Below are positions 57,493-64,000 of a DNA stretch of 64,000 nt, piece after piece; position 1 is the stretch's first letter, and every line of letters starts with the position of its first letter. Source of the stretch: Myxococcota bacterium. GTDB taxonomy: Bacteria > Myxococcota_A > UBA9042 > PHBI01 > JACKFB01. A model generated the notes under the pieces. The model made no database searches and was not told the origin of the DNA. It saw only the letters and a program-made list of their open reading frames with translations. The translations under genes were made by a program, and so were the position numbers. The stretch is taken from positions 68,976 to 132,975 of the forward strand of contig JAWKRR010000013.1 of the NCBI GenBank assembly GCA_041389525.1. Reading direction: 5' to 3'.

Positions 57493-60400
57493 ATGCACCC
57501 ACCCCGTCGGATCTGGCCCCTCCTCGTCGCGTTGGCGCTCTGCCTCGGTGCCGCGCCGGCCTTCGCCGCCGGCGGCACCGTGCCGAACCAGGCCTACACG
57601 CCCGACCAGCACCTCCAGATCATCAGCCCCCAGCTGGGTGCCGAGCCCCACAACCAGCCCTCGGTGGTCGACGGCTACCTCGTCTTGGCTGGCAACGGGT
57701 CGCACCAGATCTGGGACATCGCCGACCCCTTCTCGCCCGTGCTCATGTCGAAGTTCGTCAGCCCTTACGCAGCGGGCGAGGCCGAATCCCACTCGGTCTC
57801 CGCCGCGCGCACCGCCGACGGCCGCACGCTCTTCGTCAGCATCTCCGGACACGGCGTGGACCTCTGGGACCTCAGCGACGCCGCGAAGCCCGTGCTGCTC
57901 AGCGCGCTCGAGATCGACGGCATCGACTACGGCGACAACACCCACGCGGTGTGGGGCGTCTTCTGGCAGGGCGACTTCATCTACGTCGGCGGCACCGACA
58001 CCGGCCTGCACGTGGTCGACGCCCGCGACCCGCAAAATCCCTCGGTGGTCGCGCATCTCTCGACGACCGAGCTCGGCGGGGTCAGCGCCGGGCCCCTCTA
58101 CGCCATCGGCAACCTGCTGGTCATCACGACGCCCAAACAGCACGCCGGCATCGCCACCGTCGACATCAGCGACCCAGCCCACCCGGCCCTCCTCGACGCC
58201 GAGCTACCCGCGGTCGTCTCGTATATCGGCGGCATGTACGGCGGCCACGCCTACCTGCTCACCCCCTTCCGCACCTACGACGTCACCACCGACCCCCGCG
58301 ACATCCGCCTCCTCGGCTCGGCCACCTCGCCACCCAGCGAGTACCTGACCTTCGCCGACGACGTCATGTTCCTCGGCTCCCTGCGCCCCGACGGCGGCGT
58401 CTTCAAGGTGCCGCTGCCCACGCCGGAGACCACCGCCCTCGACACCAGCGTCTTCATCCCCGGCCGCCGCGACCCCGAAGACCTCATCAAGACCCTCTTC
58501 TCCGACGACCAGTTCCCCCTGGCCATCGGCAACCTGCTGGTCATGAGTGACGACGAGGTCAACATCGGCTCGGTGATCGCCGTCCACGCCACCCAGCGCG
58601 ACACCGCGCCGCCCCGCGTGCTCTACGCCAACCCGCCCGACGGCGCGACGGGCCAAGCCCTGACCACGCGCGTCGGCCTGTCCTTCAGCGATTCCATCGA
58701 CACCCGCTCGCTGAACGCGGCGAACTGGATCGTCCGACCGGTCGGCGGCGAAGCCCTGGCCGGCATGTGGGGAGTCAACCTCACCATCGCCAACTTCTGG
58801 CCCGCCGAGCCGCTTCTGCCCGACACCACCTACGAGGTCGTGCTGCCGGCCGGGGGCGTCGCGGATCTGGTCGGCAACGCCCTGGCCGCCGACTACGAGG
58901 CGGTCTTCTCCACGGGCGCAGATATCCAAGCGCCACCTTGCGAAATCGACGGTCGGCCCTCCGCCCTGGTGGGCGCGCTGGTGCCCTTCGGCGCCGCCGA
59001 CGCGGGCGCCGGCTCCGTGTACTCGTGGGCCTTCGGCGACTCCGCCCCCACGCCCCCGGCCGCCACCGCGGAGACCACCCACGCCTTCGCAGGGCCAGGC
59101 CGCCACCGGGTCACGCTGACGGTCACCCGCGAGGGCGTCAGCCGCTCCTGCAGCGCCGTCCAGGTCGTCCACCGCCCGCTGACCCCGCGGCGGCCCGGCC
59201 GCTCCAGCCCCGTGGTCCTCGACGAGGCCCGCGGTCTGGCCTACCTGAGCAACCCCGACGCCGGGACCGTGACCGCTCTGAACGTCGATTCCCTCGACGT
59301 CGCCTGGGAAAAAGCCGCAGGGGTGTCGCCCCAAGATCTCGGGCTGGCGCCTGATGGATCGCTGTGGGTCAGCGCCAAAGAGGACGACGCGGTCGTGGTC
59401 CTGGACGCCGACACGGGGGCTGAGCTGGCGCGGATCGCACTTGGGCACGGCGCCGCGCCCCACGGGCTGGTCATCGACGGGGCGGCGGGGCGCGCCTACG
59501 TCGCGCTGACCGGGCGCGCGGCCGTGGTGGCGCTGGACACGGCCGCCCGCGCGGAGATCGCCCGGGCCGTGCTGCCGACCGACCAGGCGTTCACCCAGCC
59601 GCGGCCCCGGGGTTTGGCCCTGAGCGCGGACGGCGCGCGGCTTCTGGCCAGCCGCTTCGTGTCGCTTCAGGACCGCGGCGAGATCTACGATTTCGCGACC
59701 TCGGACCTCAGCCTCACGGGGATCATCGACCTCGGCGCCGATCTGGGCCCCGACACCGACCACTCGGGCCGCGGCGTGCCGAACTACCTCGGCGCGGCGG
59801 CAATTTTGCCCGACGGCACCCGCGCCTTCGTGCCGGCGAAGAAGGACGACACCGCGCGCGGCTTGGCCCGCGACGGGCTGGAGTCGACGACCAGCAACAT
59901 CGTCCGCACCCTCATCGCGCCCTTCGACATGGCGACGGGCGAGGATCTGGTCGACCTGCGCGTGGACCTGGACGACCACAACCTGCCCGTGGCCATCGCG
60001 CCCAGCGTGGTGGGGGATCTCCTCTTCGTCGTCAGCCTCGGCACCCAGGTCGTCGACGTGCTGGACGCCCAGACCGGGCGGCTGGTCTCGGGCTTCTCGA
60101 CCGGCTTCGGCCCCGACGGGCTGGCGCTCAGCGAGTCGGGGCGCCTCTTCGTGCGAAACCAGCTGGACCGCACCGTGTCGGTCTACGACGTGCAGGGCCT
60201 CGTCACCGGGACCGACGGCGTCGCGAGGCACCTGGCCGACCTGCCCACGGTCGCGGTCGAGCCGCTCTCGCCTGAGCTGCTCTTGGGCAAGCAGCTATTT
60301 CACGACGCCCAGAACCGCCTGCTCAGCCAGGACGGCTACATCTCGTGCGCGACGTGCCACTTCGACGGCGCCGACGACGGGCGGGTGTGGGATTTCACCG

Positions 60401-61197
60401 ACCGCGGCGAGGGGTTCCGCAACACCATCGATCTGCGCGGCCGCGCCGGCGTGGGCCACGGGCCGGTGCACTGGACCGCGAACTTCGACGAGATCCAGGA
60501 CTTCGAGAACGACATCCGCTTTCACTTCGGTGGTGCTGGGCTGATGAGCGCGGCGGACTTCGGCGCCGAGGGCGTCAGCGACCCCCTGGGCGAGCCGAAG
60601 GCCGGCAGGAGCGCCAAGCTCGACGCCCTGGCCGCCTACGTCACCTCGCTGTCGACCTACCCGAAGAGCCCCTACCGAAACTTCGACGGGACCAAGACCG
60701 AGGCGGCGGTCGCGGGCGAGCTATTGTTCCGCAGCTTGAACTGCTTGGACTGCCACTCGGGTCAGGACCTGACCGACAGCGCGTCGGGCGTGCGCCACGA
60801 CGTCGGCACGGCGCGTGACACCTCCGGGATGCGCCGGGGCGGGCCGCTCGACGGCTTCGACACCCCGACCCTGCGCGGCGTGTGGGCCAGCGAGCCGCAC
60901 CTCCACGACGGCACCGGCAACAGCCTCCGCCACATCTTCGACAACTACCAACACGTCGGCGTCGCCAGCTCGCTACCACCCGAGCTGCGCGAGCAGGTCA
61001 TCGCGTTCCTGCGCGAGCTGGAGGACGAGCCGGTGAACCTCGAGCGCCTGCCCGCGTGGTTCCCGCCGTACCCCATCGATCGGGTGGACCCGCCCGGCGG
61101 CGACGAGGGCGGCTGCGCAGGCGGGGGAGGGGGCCCCGCGAGCTGGCTTACCGTCGTCGGGCTGCTGCTTTTTGTCAGGCGGCGTCGAGTCGTTTGA
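57493..61197 (+). CDS. Secreted multi-domain protein with LVIVD-like repeats, a PKD domain, a YVTN-type beta-propeller, a C-terminal di-heme cytochrome c peroxidase-like domain, and a MYXO-CTERM sorting tag.
   Basis: Signal peptide MHPPRRIWPLLVALALCLGAAPAFA. PKD-like SWAFGDS...HAFAGPGRHRVTLTV. Two CxxCH heme motifs (CATCH, CLDCH). C-terminus GGCAGGGGGPASWLTVVGLLLFVRRRRVV. Confidence 0.6.
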   Translation: MHPPRRIWPLLVALALCLGAAPAFAAGGTVPNQAYTPDQHLQIISPQLGAEPHNQPSVVDGYLVLAGNGSHQIWDIADPFSPVLMSKFVSPYAAGEAESHSVSAARTADGRTLFVSISGHGVDLWDLSDAAKPVLLSALEIDGIDYGDNTHAVWGVFWQGDFIYVGGTDTGLHVVDARDPQNPSVVAHLSTTELGGVSAGPLYAIGNLLVITTPKQHAGIATVDISDPAHPALLDAELPAVVSYIGGMYGGHAYLLTPFRTYDVTTDPRDIRLLGSATSPPSEYLTFADDVMFLGSLRPDGGVFKVPLPTPETTALDTSVFIPGRRDPEDLIKTLFSDDQFPLAIGNLLVMSDDEVNIGSVIAVHATQRDTAPPRVLYANPPDGATGQALTTRVGLSFSDSIDTRSLNAANWIVRPVGGEALAGMWGVNLTIANFWPAEPLLPDTTYEVVLPAGGVADLVGNALAADYEAVFSTGADIQAPPCEIDGRPSALVGALVPFGAADAGAGSVYSWAFGDSAPTPPAATAETTHAFAGPGRHRVTLTVTREGVSRSCSAVQVVHRPLTPRRPGRSSPVVLDEARGLAYLSNPDAGTVTALNVDSLDVAWEKAAGVSPQDLGLAPDGSLWVSAKEDDAVVVLDADTGAELARIALGHGAAPHGLVIDGAAGRAYVALTGRAAVVALDTAARAEIARAVLPTDQAFTQPRPRGLALSADGARLLASRFVSLQDRGEIYDFATSDLSLTGIIDLGADLGPDTDHSGRGVPNYLGAAAILPDGTRAFVPAKKDDTARGLARDGLESTTSNIVRTLIAPFDMATGEDLVDLRVDLDDHNLPVAIAPSVVGDLLFVVSLGTQVVDVLDAQTGRLVSGFSTGFGPDGLALSESGRLFVRNQLDRTVSVYDVQGLVTGTDGVARHLADLPTVAVEPLSPELLLGKQLFHDAQNRLLSQDGYISCATCHFDGADDGRVWDFTDRGEGFRNTIDLRGRAGVGHGPVHWTANFDEIQDFENDIRFHFGGAGLMSAADFGAEGVSDPLGEPKAGRSAKLDALAAYVTSLSTYPKSPYRNFDGTKTEAAVAGELLFRSLNCLDCHSGQDLTDSASGVRHDVGTARDTSGMRRGGPLDGFDTPTLRGVWASEPHLHDGTGNSLRHIFDNYQHVGVASSLPPELREQVIAFLRELEDEPVNLERLPAWFPPYPIDRVDPPGGDEGGCAGGGGGPASWLTVVGLLLFVRRRRVV

Positions 61198-61218
61198 CGG
61201 GTCGTGGCGCGCGCCGGC

Positions 61219-61848
61219 TCAGAAGCTGGTCGGGTCGAAGCTGACCGAGATCCTGCGGACGACGTCGAAGGTCTGCCCCGTGTCGGTCGACAGCGAGAGC
61301 GTCACCTCGAAGGGAGCCGAGCCGGCCTGCTCGATGGTCAGCGCCGGGGTGGGGTCCTTGTACACGACGAGGCCCAGGGAATCGAGGCTGCCCGCGGGGA
61401 TGGTGATGCTGCGGGTGAAGCTGCCCCAGCCGGCCGGCCCACCCATGGCGGCGGCCTTCTCCGCGGGCGCGCGCGCCGGGTCGGCCGCGCGGCGAAATGA
61501 GAAGCCCAGGTCGCCCTCGGTGGCGTCGTAGACCACGCTGGCCAGCGAGCTGGCGTCCGCCACCTGGGTGATCAGGCCCGTGTCCTCGGCCCGCATCGTG
61601 AGCCGGTCGACCGTCAGGACCACCGGGTCGGGCCCCAGGTTCGCGACCAAGATCGTCGCCGTGGCGTCGAGGCCAAAGCCGAAGCCGTGGTGGCAGTGGC
61701 AGAACGCGATGGCGAAGTCCTCGACCACGACGGCGAAGCTGTCGGTCTGCTGCCCAGCCGCGCCCGCCTCGACGGTCTCTTCGTCAGCGCAGGCGCTGAG
61801 GAGGCCCGCCGCCGCCAGCGCGGCCGCCAAGAGTGCTGTCTTTTTCAT
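61219..61848 (-). CDS. Lipoprotein of unknown function.
   Basis: MKKTALLAAALAAAGLLSAC lipobox. Contains CHCHHG. ATG at 61848. Confidence 0.5.
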   Translation of the reverse strand: MKKTALLAAALAAAGLLSACADEETVEAGAAGQQTDSFAVVVEDFAIAFCHCHHGFGFGLDATATILVANLGPDPVVLTVDRLTMRAEDTGLITQVADASSLASVVYDATEGDLGFSFRRAADPARAPAEKAAAMGGPAGWGSFTRSITIPAGSLDSLGLVVYKDPTPALTIEQAGSAPFEVTLSLSTDTGQTFDVVRRISVSFDPTSF

Positions 61849-62000
61849 GACCGCACTATGCGAGCCGGCCCGCGCTCGATTCAAGGCGTAGTGCGATCGC
61901 CCGAGATCGGGCGCTCGCAGCCGTCAGCCGTCAGTCCAAAGCCGTAAGCGCCCCGTCACAGCGACGCAGATGCCCGCCGCGTGCGTCGCCTGGCTGACCG

Positions 62001-62076
62001 CTGACCGCCGACCGCTGATAGCGGGCAATCGCGGCTCCAAGTTCGCATCCTCCTGCGACCTGACAAGCGATTGCCC
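62001..62076 (-). repeat. Conserved 3' hairpin element, copy 2 (inverse orientation): tail GACCGCTGATAGC, then GGGCAATCGCG-N33-GCGATTGCCC, ending 8 nt from the pilR-like stop.
   Basis: Same stem sequence and tail words as copy 1 at 44192-44260. One mismatch in the tail (GCTGTCAGCGGTC versus GCTATCAGCGGTC). Confidence 0.5.
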
Positions 62077-62083
62077 AGCCCGC

Positions 62084-63496
62084 TCACACGTCGCGGAGGT
62101 CGTAGTCCTTGATCTTGTAGAGCAGCGCCCGGTGCGAAAGCTCCAGCAGCTTGGCGGCTTGGGTGCGGTTGCCCCCGGTTTCAGCCAGGGCGCGCTTGAT
62201 CAACTCGCGCTCGATGAAGGCCTGGGCCTTCTTGATGGAGAGTTCGCCCGAGGCGACCACCGCCTGGACCGGGTCGCCGCTGGTCCGGAGGTAGGGCGGG
62301 AGGTCGTCGGGGAGGATCACGCTGCCCTCCGACAGCACCATGGCGCGCTCCAGGACGTTCTCGAGCTCGCGGACGTTTCCTGGCCACGAGTAGCCCAGCA
62401 GCAGCTTGGTCGCGGCGGGGTCCAGGGTGCTCTGCTCGAAGCCCATGCGGCCGGCGATGCGGCCGAGGATGTACTCCGACAAGAGCGGGATATCGCTGGC
62501 GCGGTCGCGGAGCGGGGCGGCGTGCACGGGCAGGACGTTGAGGCGGTAGTAGAGGTCCTCGCGAAAGCGGCCTTCGGCGACGTCCTCGCCAAGGTTTCGG
62601 TGGGTCGCGGCGATGACGCGGACGTCCACCTTGCGGCTCTTCGACGAGCCGACCGGGCGCACCTCGCCCTCTTGGAGGACGCGGAGCAGGCCGACCTGCA
62701 GCGACGCCGGGAGCTCGCCGACCTCGTCGAGGAGCAGGGTGCCGGTGTGGGCCTCGACGAAGAGCCCCGGCTTGTCGGTGTGGGCGTCGGTGAACGCGCC
62801 GCGCATGTGGCCGAAGAGCTCGGACTCCAGCAGCGTCTCGGGGATGGCGCCGCAGTTCACGGCCACGAAGGGCTTGTCGGCGCGCGGGCTGGCGCGGTGA
62901 ATCGCGCGGGCCACCAGCTCCTTGCCGGTCCCCGATTCGCCAGTCAGCAGCACGGTAGTCGGGAAGGCGGCGACCTTGGCCAGCAGGCGCTTGAGCTCGC
63001 GCATGGGCTCGCTCTCGCCCAAGAGCGGCCGGTCGCCACCCTCGATCTTCTCGAGGCGACTGACGTGCTCTTCCAGCTCGGCGACCCGGGCGCGCAGCTG
63101 CTCGCGCTCCTCGGCCTTCCGCAGCACCAAGATCACCTCGTCGCGCTTGAAGGGCTTCGAGATGTAGTCGTAGGCGCCGCGCCGCAGCGCTTCGATGGCC
63201 AGGTCGATGGTGCCGAACGCGCTCATGATGATGACCGTCGACGCCAGCTCGCGCTCGGCCATCGCGTCCAAGAGCTCGAGCCCGTTCATGCGCGGCATCT
63301 TGATGTCGCACAGGACCAGGTCGAAGCGCGACTCGGCCATCGCCGCCAGCCCGTCCTCGCCCCGGTAGCGCACGCTGGTGTCGTAGCCGGCGCCGCGCAG
63401 CATCGTGTCGAGCATGTCGGCGAAGGGCTTCTCGTCGTCGATGATCAGGACGCGCAAGGACACTGGGGACTCCGGCTTCGGGCGGCTGGTGAGCAT
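62084..63496 (-). CDS. pilR: Sigma-54-dependent response regulator (NtrC family), PilR-like.
   Basis: Receiver domain (LIIDDE...DLVLCDIKMP), sigma-54 AAA domain (GESGTGKE, GAFTDA, ESELFGH), and C-terminal Fis-type HTH. Adjacent to pilM and near pilD. The symbol assignment is tentative. Confidence 0.75.
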   Translation of the reverse strand: MLTSRPKPESPVSLRVLIIDDEKPFADMLDTMLRGAGYDTSVRYRGEDGLAAMAESRFDLVLCDIKMPRMNGLELLDAMAERELASTVIIMSAFGTIDLAIEALRRGAYDYISKPFKRDEVILVLRKAEEREQLRARVAELEEHVSRLEKIEGGDRPLLGESEPMRELKRLLAKVAAFPTTVLLTGESGTGKELVARAIHRASPRADKPFVAVNCGAIPETLLESELFGHMRGAFTDAHTDKPGLFVEAHTGTLLLDEVGELPASLQVGLLRVLQEGEVRPVGSSKSRKVDVRVIAATHRNLGEDVAEGRFREDLYYRLNVLPVHAAPLRDRASDIPLLSEYILGRIAGRMGFEQSTLDPAATKLLLGYSWPGNVRELENVLERAMVLSEGSVILPDDLPPYLRTSGDPVQAVVASGELSIKKAQAFIERELIKRALAETGGNRTQAAKLLELSHRALLYKIKDYDLRDV

Positions 63497-63584
63497 TGTG
63501 CCGCGAAAAATGGCGACGTGCGTTTGTTACGACATGTGAGGCGTTCCGTTCATCACTTGCAACCACGACGGAGGCGCTGCTTCT

Positions 63585-64000
63585 ATGGCTGGCAAGAACG
63601 CGATCGGGCTGGATATCGGCTCCAGCTCCATCAAGATCATCCAGCTCAGGGAGGATCGCAAAGGGGTCCACCTGCAGGCTTTCGACATGGCCATGCTTCC
63701 CCCGGAAGCGGTCGTCGACGGCGCGCTGATGAACTTCACGGCCATCGTCGAGAAGATCAAGGAGCTCGTCGCTGCCAACCGCATCCGCCAAAAGGATGTG
63801 TGTGTCAGCGTCTCGGGCCACTCGGTCATCATCAAGAAGATCAGTCTTCCCGAGATGACTCCCGACGAGCTGAACGAATCGATCCAATGGGAAGCGGAAC
63901 AGTACATCCCCTTCGACATCAAGGACGTGAACGTAGACGTCCAGATCGTCAACCCGAAAGCGGGGCAGGGGCAGATGGACGTTCTGCTGGTGGCGGCGAA
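63585..64000 (+). CDS. pilM: Type IV pilus assembly protein PilM, truncated at the 3' end of the window.
   Basis: Actin-like ATPase N-terminus GLDIGSSSIKIIQL. RBS GGAGG lies 11 nt upstream of the ATG. Confidence 0.8.
   Translation, partial: MAGKNAIGLDIGSSSIKIIQLREDRKGVHLQAFDMAMLPPEAVVDGALMNFTAIVEKIKELVAANRIRQKDVCVSVSGHSVIIKKISLPEMTPDELNESIQWEAEQYIPFDIKDVNVDVQIVNPKAGQGQMDVLLVAA

Overview
This is a 64 kb window of very GC-rich DNA (about 70% GC) that is densely coding on both strands, most likely a chromosomal segment from a myxobacterium (Myxococcota). The evidence for that origin is a C-terminal MYXO-CTERM-type sorting tag on one large secreted protein, a type IV pilus gene neighbourhood (pilD, pilR-like, pilM), a split atpZ-atpI-atpB-atpE F0 operon, and proteins with Ala/Pro-rich low-complexity regions. 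Most genes are housekeeping or envelope functions. These include a thioester-type alpha-2-macroglobulin lipoprotein, a TldD/PmbA pair, an OmpR-type two-component system, modABC, an MscS channel, alanine racemase, an AI-2E transporter and Fpr. No tRNA, rRNA, CRISPR array, transposase or integrase was recognised. The most unusual region is 24.7-37.3 kb on the minus strand. It holds a two-domain AAA+ ATPase immediately upstream of a roughly 2,300-aa giant protein. That protein has an N-terminal DUF4157 HExxH zincin-like domain, a long novel internal repeat region and a C-terminal membrane-like segment, and its reading frame is interrupted by an apparent frameshift. Small co-directional accessory genes and a membrane metallophosphoesterase follow it. 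DUF4157 N-terminal domains and a two-domain AAA+ ATPase (Afp15/Pvc15-like) are associated with effectors and cargo loading in extracellular contractile injection systems. Here the module stands without any sheath, tube or baseplate genes in the window, which suggests an orphan or undescribed effector/ATPase system. Other points of interest are an AurF-like diiron oxygenase/MerR/reductase cassette, a 1,388-aa GT-C-like membrane protein translationally coupled to the prepilin peptidase, His-rich extensions on ATP synthase subunit a, and a conserved hairpin element found immediately 3' of two unrelated genes.
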